A model generated the notes under the pieces. That model had not been told where the DNA came from. It ran no database searches and worked only from the letters and a program-made list of their open reading frames with translations. A stretch of 64,000 bases of DNA from Sphyrna mokarran (taxonomy: Eukaryota): assembly GCA_024679065.1 (NCBI GenBank), contig JAGIQG010000008.1, forward strand, positions 36,208,001 through 36,272,000, written 5' to 3'. Positions 12,659-26,185 of this stretch are shown in pieces. Position numbers and translations under genes: made by a program. Position 1 is the first letter of the stretch; the number at the start of each line of letters is the position of its first letter.

Positions 12659-15600
12659 GTAAGCTGATTCGACATGTTTACGTGCTTGATACTTAACAAA
12701 ATAAACAAAAAAAATCACAAAACAATCTACTGTAGTATTTTTCAGTTTACTTTATAGAGCCTCCAATGTTCGGAATTATTTACAATAACTTGTACCAAGC
12801 AGTTCCCTGTCTGTTATCTTACAAAATGAACAAGGGCTACCTGAATAGGAATGGGTAAATGATTCAGATTTGATTTCCTTTTCAAAAGAGCTTTTAGTTT
12901 TAAGCCTTGCTCAAATTTTGTGAAAATGGAGGTTACAATGTTGCAACTAAAACAGCACAATTTGATCTATGTTAGATTTATGAAGGTAAGTTGTGTTTCC
13001 TTGCCCCTTTATTTTTGCTGCCTGTCTCCTTTTCTGGTAAGACACTTTTTTTTTGAGGAGCTGGTTTTACAATGATCTTGGAATGACCGCTTGCTTTTTT
13101 CCTACCACTTACTGGTTCTGCTGTTTTCGTTCCTCCGAAAAGTCACATTTATGCAAAATAATGTAACTTTGATATAAAGTCAAAACACCCTTAGCCTCAG
13201 GGCACAAAATAACATTAAACTTTTTAACGATTAAACTATAAATCGTAACTCTTCCCAAAATCCATATTTGCTGGAAGTTGTTAAGCAATGCTCAATTATT
13301 TGAGGAAGGAGAAATGCTTTAAGTATAGTGTTTACTTCCTGGTGTCTTTCCCTGAATTGTTTGATATTTTAATTGATTTTCTGTAAGAATATAGAAGGAA
13401 GACAACACCAGAAACCATGAGAGCTTACAATAATTACAGAGTATAGCATGTTATAACCAGGATAGGGAATTGCTGCATGTCAGATATCTTTAGGTTCATA
13501 GAATTGCTTTACCTTGTTAAGTAGAACCTATGGAACAACACGCTCTGGCATATTCGTGGAAGTATGAAAAACGAGGGAGGCACAAGGACATCAGTCACTT
13601 TAACCACCTGTATGTTACTGGGTGCTGTACTGAATAAATGTATTTTGGGTTTTTGTTGAAAACAGGAATTATTGTTTGATTTTATGAAGCATGCTACATT
13701 TTGCTTAACCAGTTTAGAAGGAAACATGTTTACCCATGTCAATAGAAGTAATATTTATGGAATATATATTTTAGCTACCAATGCGTGTCATATAGTCATT
13801 TGTATAAAGTCACTGATGAATCATATTAAATTTTAGTTCTGTTCCCCAAAGGACTTTTCTTTATTCAACTATTTGGTAAGAATGCTGCAAAGTCTGGACT
13901 TGCTGTTCTTTTTTAAGGGATGAGGTGGCTGTTAAGTGTGTGTGTCTCAAATGATGAAAGGAAGAACTTTATTCATGTGTAATTTTTAAAATGTAACTTT
14001 TCCAGTGGCTGTTATATTCTGCAAATGTTTGGAGCTTCTCCCATTTAGTACAGTTGCTATATTTTTGGTTCTAAATAGTTAGCATACCAAAATCTGCTCC
14101 GGTCACTACATATGGGACAGCTTAATTTAGCTTTTAACAGCTCATTTATAATTCCACCCTCTTAGTATGTCATGCAGCAGATTGAAACTTGATATTAGTA
14201 AGTTATTATTTCAAACCACCTGTCTTTTTGCTGAAATTTAGCAATAACTGCATAATTATTGAGAATATATTGACCCCTCATTAAATTTAGATCCACAATT
14301 TTGATAGGAAAGCCTTTTTGTACAATCAAGTATAAAAATTATTACAAAAACTTTCCAAAGTGATTAATTTAAGAACAGTGCGTCCAAAATTATATCTACT
14401 TTTTAAAGTGAAAGTGCTTAAGAACTTTCTTTACATAATTTCATTTATGTATCATCAAAGCACGTTCTTTGGGTCTGGAGATCTCTACATTGAAAACTCA
14501 TCAACATCTGAAAGTCACCTCAAATTTTTGTCCAGGAATATTAATGTTAATGAACATTAATGAGCAGTTCAAATATAATTACTTAAAATTCCTCATTGGA
14601 TGATAGATAAATTAAACAATATTTCCTTTCTCCCAAAAGGATTCTCAAGTGCCTGATCCTGTGTGACTGCTTGTGGATGGTCAGGTACTGAAGTAAACCT
14701 GGTTGTAAACATGTGCTGCTGTTGAAGTGTGGAGGGGAAACTGCAGCTCCATCTTTCCGTTGTTGACCTAGTTTCAAGATGGCAGAGTTACCACAGCACT
14801 GTTCTGAGAATTTTTTTTTCTCTACGTACATACATTTTTATAACATCTTTAACAATAGAATTGTGATTTCAACAATTCTTAAATAACCAAATGATTTTGA
14901 CAGAGCAATTTTATTTTCTTTAAAAAATGCACTCTTTTCATTTTTGGGGAGTCTTTTGTATATTACACATTTGTCCCAAACAAAGGTAGCCAACTTCTTG
15001 AAATGCCACTTTGAAACTGGCAACCTGCATATGTAGTTATAGCCTGATTTTTGTATGAGTGTATACATAAATTAAATCTTGATATTAAAAATAATTGTAT
15101 TAGCTTATATGTCCATGTTATTTACTGCTGCATCCTTATGATAGGTTTTATGAAGTATATGTGACCTTATAGAATTAGAATTCTAATATGAAGAAAGAGA
15201 TAGATTCGTATGATTACTTTCAATGAATAAACTTAAGATATTTTTGTTCATTTTGATTATGTATTCTAATCTTGTATGAACTATAACATGAGAACGGAGC
15301 AGTATATTTGCAATTGAAATACTTCTCCATTTTAATTTAAATTTCCACTTTAAATATTGAGGGACCGAAGTAAGATTAACCAAACTTCAGACAATTTTGT
15401 CACATTTAACTGTAGAAATCACTGAGGAAATCTTAAAGGTAGTCATCATTGAAATGTAAAATATCACATGGTAATAATTCAAAATCTACAAATTTTTGAT
15501 ATTTTAAACCTTTTCATAGAGCACTATTGCTTTTAATTAATTGTTGGTTATGCAATTCTGAGTAGGATCATTTTCAGTTTGGTAAGATTTTTAAGGAGTC

Positions 15601-18600
15601 ATATAAAATGAGTTTACTCATTTAGTGGCCATTTGTAACTTGTTGAGGTGTTAACATTTAATTTGACAAGATAGGATACTTGAAAATGAATGTTTCCATA
15701 ACAAAATTATATAATACATAAACACGCAAACACTTAGTTGGTTACATATATTTAGCAGCTGGCATTTGGAGCATTGATTCACAAGCAGGATTGCAGCAAG
15801 CTGTAAATAAGGACACAGCTGGACTGAAATAGAGGACTGCAATCAAGCCACCATCGGTTGTAATCATGTGTGCTATTGTTGTTTGGTGGCACTTCACCTC
15901 ACTTAGTCCCTTCTCTCAGTTATTTCATTTTACTGATTTCTGTGTATGGGTAAGTCACAGTTTCTTTGCCTTTGAGCTGTAGTTAAATCCTATGGTATTT
16001 TGTAGTGTGGAATGCTTCTCCTCTTTGCTTTCGAACTTACTGTTGTGATATATATTATTTTGCTGTACCTAATTATTATTGTCTGTCTAATTTAATGTTA
16101 TATCTTCTAAAATTATAATGTATCAACATTTAAGATAACTTGTATTTTATGTAAGAGATTCATATCTTAAGAATTAAAAGTCATGCGTCAACTCAGTCAC
16201 ATCTGCACAAAAATGCACTTAATCATATTTTGTCATTTAATTGATTTTTGCACGTTTTTATGTACTCCCTTTCCCTGTCTTCCCTCCTCCTATTGCCTTG
16301 TGAACAAGTGAAACAAAATAGCTTGTACTTGGTTTATGACCTCTTGCCTGCACTGCTGACCAATTAGGACTGAATGAAGTCCCTTGCCTAATGTGACTGT
16401 AAAATTCATTTATAGAAAGCAGCCAAATCCAATCTGTATTTAAATGCATCCCTTTTGTTTTATGGAGCTGATGCTTTGGTTCTTTCTGAATTTTCTTTAC
16501 ATTATTCAAAATTCTTTTGTTTAATGCATTTTTAAAAATCTTAAATTACTTCAAATTATGTTCTCCTAATGGTTTCATTTTATTTTAAATGGTTCTCCTC
16601 ATTGTCTATCAGTAGAAAGGAATGGCATTTGTAATCAGTTACAGGTATAGGTGATTTTGGATAAATTCAACACACAGGGCAAGAGAGAAGTTGCAGATTC
16701 ATTGTACTAGTTTTGGCACAATTCAGATGAACAGGTGTGGGATCCTATCACATGCAAATGGTTTGATACTAACTAAAGAAAGGAACATTTACAAGTGGGA
16801 TTGGGGAGTTGTAGCCAAACTTACAGGGGAAAGGTTAAAGATCGTTCAATAAGTGTTTGAGATTTTTGCATTTTTTTCTTGTAAATGCTACTGTATTTAA
16901 TCTGTAATGTGATTGAATCCAGTCTGGTGACATGAAGATATAATTTTGAATTACCATTATTTTATATAAATGTATGACTGCAATAAAGAGTGTAATGATC
17001 CACAGTATGGATGTTATTTACCACAGTAAGTTGTAGTCCAGCATTTCCTCTTCTTGTCTCTGTAAATACAGCTAAATCACTTGAATAAAATAAACAATAA
17101 CTAAAACAGGAACTGTTAAAAGTTCTGCTTCTCAAAATCTGCTCCCTATAAACAGTATTTTAGCTAGATCCAGAGAATGTGGAGAGTTTTTATTTATTAT
17201 TATGTTGCAGTGATGTTTTATTTTTGTTTTATCAGAGCTACTGTTTGGGTTATTGTGAATCCAATATCAGTCTAATGTAATTACTGTCTGTATTTTTTGA
17301 TACTTACAGTTAAACCAGTAACAAGTTATATGCCATTAACATGAACATTTGGGAGAGTTGCTACATGGGAAGCCAGAAACTGAATTAAAACACCACATTA
17401 AGTTACAATTGTGTATTCAATAATGAATCATTTTCAGACAAATTGTTTTCCAAGTTTCGGTGTTACTTTTATGCCTTTCCGTTGTTATTTTTCGGTTATA
17501 GTTTTATTTGGACCCTTTTCAGATTAGAATCTTGTATTATTAGTGGAAAGTATTTAAATTAATACTTTGATTTTTATTATTGCATTGTAATTGGTCCTGG
17601 ATATCCGATTATTCTCCATTTATTCATGGATAACTATTGTGATCAACTGACTTCTCAGAAAAAACTGTCCGTTAGAAAATATAAAATTGATTAATAGTTG
17701 TATACTTTAGAATCATTTTTATATTTTAATGAATTAACTGTGCACATTTTTGTAGACCTTGAGCTGTTTTATATGGGTATCAGAACAGCAGTAAACGGTC
17801 ATTTATACAAAAGGCGTGATAAATCATATCAGCTCCTTATATTGTGTATATATGTAAGCCCTCAACAATAATGACTTGTACTGACACTAATTATTTGCTT
17901 TAACATTTAAATAATTCCACACTCAACTTTCCTACAAGGTTTCAATCTGCATTATTCTACTTTCCCGGCAGCTGATAAAATGAGTGGATGCAGCTGCTTG
18001 GTTTACTAGGTTTAAAACTTTTGAGGTGTAACTTACATACCTTCTGGGCTGTTCATAGGAATCTAAAATAATGAGTTCAGTGAACTTTTCTTCATTGTTC
18101 AATGCCAAGCCAAAAGAAGACTTTATCTGAACAAACAATGTATGATCAGTTCGGATGAGATCGCTATAATAGCGGAAGAAGTAAATCACTATTACTCTAA
18201 CTCTTTTCTGAAAACTCTGACCTTTGTGACCACTGACACATGTCTACCATTTAATCCAGGCTGGGTAAAGTCCAAAATGTAGTAGAGTCGACACTCTTAA
18301 AATAGTGAGATGATGGATATACACGTATCTGATCAGAAACTCACAAGTGCACCAGAAATTAGAGTTCAAATTGGCAAGATGTATGAAAGACTTTTGATGA
18401 ATCATGCCATTGCTGGTTGAAATGATTGTGCCATGGTCTTTCCTCTCTTATGTCCTGAGCTTGGGAATTTTTTTCATATCCAGGATGCTTCAAATTCATG
18501 AATGAATGTTCTTGCATACTTTTGATAGCAAAGTTCTGGAAAGGTAGTTTACAATTTAGTAGGATAATAACATTAAACAAATTCCCATCCAAGATGGACT

Positions 18601-19060
18601 TTGCAAAGAAGCAATAAGCCCGTATGCTGAAATAAAACTGCCTAGTCCTTGGTTCAAAATCAGGCAAAACTTCTTTGGCCTTGACCTGAAGGCCTTGCAA
18701 TACTTTGAAGACAACTTTTGTTCAGTCACTGGCTGATATTGGGAGAGAAATGGAATCATAGAAATTTACAACACAGAAAGCAGCCATTATTTATGTATCA
18801 CAACAATTGTTATCAATGCGCTGAATAATTCCATATACAGCTGACTGCAGTTCATGAATAACAACATCACATAGTTTGCTATATAAGCATTTGAAGAAGA
18901 ATCATATTAGATTATTCATATTGGTGTTCAAAAGAACACCAATTTATAGCTTTCCTATGTATCAAAAACAAAAAGAACAGGTTCAATAATGACAGAATAA
19001 TACTGGTACTATGGTACTATCACTTAGCACATTTTTAGATAAATATATATTGTGTATGAT

Positions 19061-19266
19061 TAAAAACAAAATACTGCAGATGCTGGCGATCTGAAATAAA
19101 AGCAAAATACTGGAAAAACTCAGGTCTGGGAGCATCTGTGGGTTTTAACTTATCACGTTCCTGCCTGCCTTCAGTTCTGAAGAAGAATCATATGGGATTG
19201 GAAATGTTAACTCTGTTTCTCTCCTCTCAGATGCTGTCAGACCTGCTGAATTTTTCCAATACTTTC
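19061..19266. mobile_element. Miniature fold-back element (family B) with a hammerhead-like motif at 19173-19212
   Basis: AGTT-CTGAAGA-AGAATCATATGGGATTG-GAAA-TGTT-AACT followed by cagatgctgtcagacctgctg, with an inverted left arm. Confidence 0.75.
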
Positions 19267-19869
19267 TATATTGTTGTAACAGTAATTAGAATTCAATAGA
19301 TCTGTTTGTAACATTTGCTTTACCTCAATCTCTGATAATCCCATTTTGTTTTTGATTCCTTAACCAGCAGAAAAAATATAGTAATTCTTTGTTTCATATA
19401 CTAAACAATATTAATTGATCAGGTGTCAAAAGATATTTTGTGTCTGTCTAACTTGATCAGTTTTCACTTCCAAAGCTATGTTCCAGTTTCCTAGATGTAA
19501 AATTACTCTAGTTAAATTGGATTGCTTTATGGAAAAAGGGTAACAGATTGAAAAAATCACAAGTTGTTTTCTGAGTATCTGAGAGCGTAACTGGATAACT
19601 CGGTAAATGTGATAATTAACAGGTCTGCAATAATTGTCTGCATCCATGTAATAAATTATTGAATTAATTTCTTCTGTGTATGTTTCTGCATTTGGAAATT
19701 TGTACTGAATTGTAGTAAATCATTGTAGTAAATGCTAAAATACGTAAGAATATTGTAGAAAAGAATGTCTTGTTGATGGCTGCTCCAATCAGTTGGAATA
19801 TTTTAAAGATTGAAAAAATGCAGTTGCATATTTAGAGATGAAATGGGTTATCAGATCAGATATGCTAAT

Positions 19870-20498
19870 ATAGAACATAGAACATTACAGCGCAGTACAG
19901 GCCCTTCGGCCCTCGATGTTGCGCCGGCCAGTGGACCCTCTAACCTAAACTATTCCAATATCATCCATATGCCTATCCACCGAACATTTGAATGCCCCCA
20001 AAGTAGGCGAGTCCACAACTGCTGCAGGCAGGGCATTCCACGCCCTCACCACCCTCTGTGTGAAGAACCTGCCTCTGACATCCGTCCTATAACTACCACC
20101 TCTTAATTTAAAGTTATGTCCCCTCGTGTTGGTCATCACCATCCGAGGAAAAAGGCTCTCACTATCCACCCTATCCAATCCCTTGATCATCTTATACGCC
20201 TCAATTAGGTCACCGCGTAACCTTCTTCTCTCTAATGAAAATAACCTCAGGTCCCTCAGCCTTTCCTCATAAGGCCTTCCCACCATACCAGGCAACATCC
20301 TGGTAAACCTCCTCTGCACCCTTTCCAATGCTTCCACATCTTTCTTATAATGCGGCGACCAGAACTGTACGCAATACTCCAAGTGCGGCCGCACCAGAGT
20401 TTTGTACAGTTGTAACATAACCTCACGGCTCCTAAATTCAATCCCTCTACCAATAAAAGCTAACACACCGTAAGCCTTCTTAACAACTTTATCAACTT
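19870..20498 (-). mobile_element. Young CR1 3' fragment
   Basis: Intact 173-aa C-terminal ORF (LAFIGRGIE...RPHLEYC...FFTQRVVRAWNALP) and a (TGTTCTA)n tail. Confidence 0.93.
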
Positions 20499-21299
20499 TA
20501 TGTATTTAGCATTGACATAATTGAACTGATCAATACAATTTATCTTTATGTGAAAGAAACACAGCTTTAATTTGCTGTGTTGTGCTTCACTGCTAAAATT
20601 TCACAATGCTTATGCATAGCATTTTGAATCAGGAGGAAGCATTAAACTTGTAATTTTGAATGTGCATGTCAGGTAACAGGAGGGACAATTTCAATCCCCT
20701 GTGTCACTGAGTTACTATTCATAGTAACAGAGTAAAAAAAAGCAGGAGTTTGACGTCTCCTTGCAGGAAGCATCATTTGAAATGTGAGTTTCTGTTGGGC
20801 AATTTTTATGTACAAGTCTAACTTATTACTAACTTATGCAGAAGCCCGCCATTCACCCTGCCCTTTTGCAACATTAATTGGAAGGCCTAGGGAGAACATA
20901 TCTGAGCTTTTTTTAAAAAGTATGCTTTCATAGGCTTTATATACTGTTGCTGATGAAAAACTGAAATCCTTCTGACTTTTATATCTTCATATTTTTTCAT
21001 AAAATAAGTTAACTTCAAAAGTTTAGACAAGTGTCAGTTAATTGTTTAATATAAAATACATTATTAATTTCAAGGTCTTTTGGTGATCAAAGTTATTAAG
21101 TTGATTATTTGGCACAATATACATTTCTAGCATGTCATGGATCACCTCCCATCTTTAGTTTGCAAGTTATTTAAATGTATAAGATATATTATATCTTATA
21201 TATAGTCTTAATTACCAAAATTCTGATGGCCTTCGTGCCTACTACCTCCAGGGGAACAAATTCCAGTTTTCGAGTTCTATTACCTTTTGTATGGAAAAG

Positions 21300-22525
21300 A
21301 TACTTTGAGAGTCAACATAGTTTTGTGAAACGGAAATTATGTTTAACCAATTTACTGGAGTTCTTTGAAGGAGTCACATATCCTCTGAATGAAAGGGAAT
21401 TGGTGGGTGTACTGTAATTAAATTTCCAGAGGGCATTTCATAAGATGCCACATCAAAGGTTATTGCAGAAAATAAAAACTGATAGTGTAGGGGGTAACAT
21501 ATTGTCATTGTTATAAGATTAGCTAACTAACAGGAAAAAGTTGGCAAGGTATAATGAATGGTGTGCCACAGGGGTCAGTGCTAGGGCCTCAAGTTTTCTA
21601 CAATTTATATAAATGACTTGGATGAAGAGGCTGGAGATACAGTTAAATTTGCTGACTGTACAAATATAGGTAGGAAAGTAAGTTGTGAAGAGGACATATG
21701 CAAGTTACAAAAGGACAGGTTAAATGAGTGAACAATGAACAAATAGAGTATCATGTGGACAAATGTGAAATTCTCCATTTTGACAAGGAAAATAAAAAAG
21801 AAGCTTATTATTTAAAAGGTGAGAGATAGCTGAGCTGTGAGGTACAGAGATCTGGGCATCCTACTGCATGAATTACAAAAGGCAAATACTGGTACAGCAA
21901 GTAATTAGGAAAATTAATAGAATGTTACTGTTTATTTTGAGGAGATTTGATTAAAAAGTAAGGAGGTTACGGCTCAGTTGTACAGAGCATTGGTGAAACA
22001 TATTTGGAATATTGTGTCCTCGTTTAAGGAAAAATATAAATGCATTTGAAACAGTTCAGAGAATATTTATGAGACTAATATCAGGATTGAGCAGGTTATC
22101 TTATGAGTAAAATTTGAACAGATTAGGCTAGTATTCATTGGAGTTTGAGGCAACTTGATTGGAACCTTTAAGATCCTGAGTGGTCTTTGACAGATTGGAT
22201 GTAAATAGGATGTTTCCTCCACATGGGAGAATCTAGAATTAATGGTTGCCCATTTAATAAAGAGGAGGTGATTTTTTTTTTTCTCTCGAGGGTTGTGTCT
22301 ATTTGAAAATCTGTTTCTCCAAAAAGGCAGTGGAAGCAATTTTTAAAAGTATTTTTAAAGCAGAGCCAGATAGATTCTGGATGAATAAATGCATGGAAGA
22401 TTATAGGATAAACATTAATGTAAGTTTGAGGTTACAATCAAACCAGCTGTGATATATTTGAATAATGGGGTGGAACATACTCAAAAATCTTTGTGACCTA
22501 TCTGCTCCTAAATTGTATGTTTCAT
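21300..22525 (+). mobile_element. Old CR1
   Basis: SQHSFVK..CLTNLLEFFE, ggtgtgccacaggggtcagtgctagggcc (GVPQGSVLG) and ataaatgacttggat. Confidence 0.85.
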
Positions 22526-22649
22526 ATTGTTAAAGCTTTAGAAAATTAAATTATGAAGACTGGTTGATAAACATAACTTGTATAGAAGATTGAGGCCAAT
22601 GTGGTGAAATATTTAAAATGTTTAAAGAACTCTGTGGAGGAGATACAGT

Positions 22650-22776
22650 GGCCAGAATTTAACCAGCATGCTGCCCCAGTTTTGGGGGCGGGTGAGGCTT
22701 GGAGAATGACATTGTCCGTTGGTCTTGGACAGTTTCGTACGAACTTCCAGGCAGACATGCTGGTAAAATTCCGCCC
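22650..22776. mobile_element. MITE-like element with terminal inverted repeats
   Basis: GGCCAGAATTTAACCAGC ... GCTGGTAAAATTCCGCCC imperfect TIRs around a GC-rich core. Confidence 0.55.
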
Positions 22777-23249
22777 AGCATTCCTGCTGATTGTGGGGAA
22801 TGGAGAGTCAAGAGTGAGGGGTTATAATCCTGTCCCAGGCCATTTAGCAGGGGGTAATAGAAATCTGAATTTCTCTTCCCCAAAATATCGTAGCTACTGA
22901 GATGGAGGCTGAAATTTTTGTTGTATGAAGCTATCTGGGAATATGGAGCTAAATTGAATAAGTGTATTTCCGATAGAGATCAACTAGGACTTAATTAAAT
23001 GGTGTACCAGGCTTCTTGGATTGAATGGGCTACTCCAGTTCCTTTGTACTTTGTCTCCTAGCTTCTTCCACTCTCTAACTCTGTTCAAGTGCAGGTTTCC
23101 TCTTGTTATATCTTCTTCCCAAATTTCCCTTGACTTTTCAATGGTCAACCATGTTTGAGTTCAAGTTTACTATTTCTGTACTACTTTTCCACTGTTACAA
23201 ATGTAATTTTGAAACAACTTTCATATACACCTTTAATATAGATGCATCT

Positions 23250-25000
23250 CAGAATCATGAAATGACAAATCGTCAAAAATTGACAAGGAGCCAAACAAGT
23301 CGATACTATGAGGGTTAACCAAAAGCTTGGATGAAGAGCTAGGTTTTTAGCAAGGTCTTAAACAAGGAGAAGTATAGACTGGTAGAGATATAGGGAGAGA
23401 ATTTCAGAGCTTGGGGCCAACGACAGAAAGCATAACCAATGAGCTGAAGAGTGATGGTCATGTAAGAAGCTAGCTTTGAAGGAATGCAGAGTTCTTTTGT
23501 ATGGTTGGAGGAAATTACAGATATAGGGAAATATGAGGCTATGGAGGGAATGGAACGTACGATTAAACTTATAAAATAGTGGCATTAGTTGATCTGAAGT
23601 TGATTCATAAGTGAATGCAATTTTGTGTGGTTGGTATAAAGGGTAGCAGAGTTTTGATGAGCTTAAGGTTTTGAAAGGTGAGGGTGAGTCAGAATAGCAT
23701 TGGATGTATATAAACAGGCTGATGATTTAATGGCACTGGAGAGGTCAAGAGTGGTGATGTTGAGATATGGGTGTCATCAGCATACATGTGGAACCTGACA
23801 TAATGCCACTCAGGACCAGCATATAGATGTAGAATATGAGGCACTATTGACAAGATCCTGGGGACACTCCATATGTAATGATAAAGAGAAACTAGAGCTT
23901 GCTTTTTTTGACAAATGAGATGGGTCATTTGTCATCATCGGAGCCAAATGATGTCAATTACACTCAGCTGGGTAATTAATGGGAGGCATTAAAGAATTAT
24001 GTGATTAACTGTCAAAAGTGCAGAGAGGTCGAGAAGTGTGTGGAGAATTACACCAGTTACCGAGCATGTCTTTTGTGGCATTGATAACAGCTATTTCTGT
24101 GTAATGCAGGGACAGAAACCTGATCAGAAAGGTTCAAGCATGGAATGGAAAGATGGGCACAGATTTGGGGGAAAATCATTTAATATTTTAGAGAGGAATG
24201 AAATATTGCAGATGAGTCAGTAGTTTGCAAGGACAGAAGATTTGAGGGTGGGTATTTTGTGGAGGTGTATCGTATTGGTAGTTTTAAAAGAGAGCAGGAT
24301 ATAACTGAGGAAAAGCAACTGTTTACGTTGTCAGATAATATGGAGGTCCAGAGGGGAAGTTGGTCAGCAGTTTAGTTAGAATAGGACTGAGAGCAAAGGA
24401 CGTGGGTCTCATGGATGAGATGTATTTGGAGAGGACATAACAGCTGTAAGAGGTAACACATAGGTTCAGGGTTACTAAAAGGAAACCTTAGGAGATGTCT
24501 GACTTGATGAAAAAAGATGCAGCTGAATGAATAGTCTAGGTATCAGTTCCAAAAAAAAATCCATGACATCCTTGCACTTCCAAGGTCAGGGGAGCGAGGT
24601 TAAAAGAGACAGTGGTGGAGATAACCTAGGTCTATCTTTGTATTCAAAATGATTCTGGAAAAATGGGCAGTCTTGACTGAAGGGTGAGGCCAGATAGAAT
24701 TGGATGCATGATGAACTGGTTCTGGCTCTGAATGATGTCTAAACCAGTTGAGCTGAATTATTGGACTTAAAGATGCGGGGAGTGACAGATGTGCGGTGAA
24801 AAGGGACTTACTGATGGATAAGGCATTAGTGGTTGAGGGAGTGCTTGAGCAAATCAACAGCACATGATGACCAAAGGTAAAATAGTTCAGAGCTTGAACG
24901 AGCACTTGTAAGTGATTGGACAATGTTTATTTAGGGTAACATGGAAGGAATAGGACTGTGAGGGTTGAGCAATATAATGTAATGATCAGAGATGGCTATC
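23250..25000 (-). mobile_element. Old L2 LINE
   Basis: Minus strand FHMYADDT (ORF 23689-23928), purine-rich + strand and L2-type 3' region. Confidence 0.7.
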
Positions 25001-26017
25001 CTTGTGATAAAGATGATGACAAGATTGAGATAATACTTGGGTTCCTGCATTTAACCAATTTTCTTGAATGTTTTTAAAGAAGAAATGCTGATTATATTTA
25101 AATAAATCCCAAAGTAGTCAGAATAAACACAAAATCATTAAAAGTTAACACTGAAAATTTTACTGATAATTGAGGCTGCAGTCATCATCATTTCTTTTAA
25201 CATTGGTTTCAGTGTTCTGGATATCATTAAATACCTGAAATTCAAGGATGTCTGGAGGCTAGTAGCTTGAACTTGGCAGGAATAATTTTACACAACATTC
25301 AGCATGTAGTTCCATTAAAAGCAAAAATGTTGTAGTTGTATCTAACAGCAGTTGAACTGCACTGTGTAGCACACCAGAACTGGAATTTCCATGGTATTTG
25401 CATGCAAAGGGACATGCAACGTGTGTGCAAACAACTTATGAAACTTTAAAGATGATATACTTAGGTGTAACAGATTGTGCTTGTGGGAGGAAGCTCTAAT
25501 TTCAAATTGCACTCTTAAAGTAAGTTGGGCATTTTTGTATTACTGAATCCTGCCTGCTGTATGCAAATTGAATTGAAATATAGGCTGTATTTTGCAGTCA
25601 GCAATGAAACATGTGCTTTCTGTGGCCTACAAATATAGTGTGATCTCTCTGAAATGGTTTTACCCTTTCCCAATCTGTTTAAATCTGTGCCAAGCCAACA
25701 GGATGTCTTAGTGTGCACCAACAAACAGGTAAGCAACCAATTACGTTGAAGTATTTGCATGTAGCAAATCAAGAAGTTAAAAGCACGTAATACTCTTCAA
25801 TTTTAATTACATTTTTGAGATACCAAAATTAATTGATTAGATTGAAATGGCTAAAGTGCCATTATAAATACTTTTTTAAAAGTATAATTTTAATATGGAA
25901 TATTTTAGTTTAGAGAAATTTGACATTTCACAAATCCAATAGTTCTCAGGGCCAGCGAGGACATTTAGCAGTGAATATGAAGATAGTACATTAGTTACTT
26001 ATTCAATAAGATGTGTC

Positions 26018-26185
26018 TCATAGAATCATAGAAACCCTACAGTTCAGAAAGATGCTGGCTGACCCATCGAGTCTGCACCGACCACAATCCCACCCAGGCC
26101 CTACCCCCACATCCTACACATATACTCGCTAATCCCTCTAACCTATGCATTTCAGGACACTAAGGGACAATTTTAGCATGGCCAG
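26018..26185 (-). mobile_element. HE1/V-SINE 3' fragment
   Basis: catagaatcatagaaaccctacag...gctaatccctctaaccta...ttagcatggcc, colinear with 1701-1885. Confidence 0.75.

Noticed and set aside
13951-14030. Box C (ATGATGA) suggesting a C/D snoRNA
   Set aside because: No suitably placed CTGA box D or terminal stem.
23151-23178. Similarity to 30492-30520 (both translate FEFKFTI)
   Set aside because: Short AT-rich match that does not extend; probably chance.
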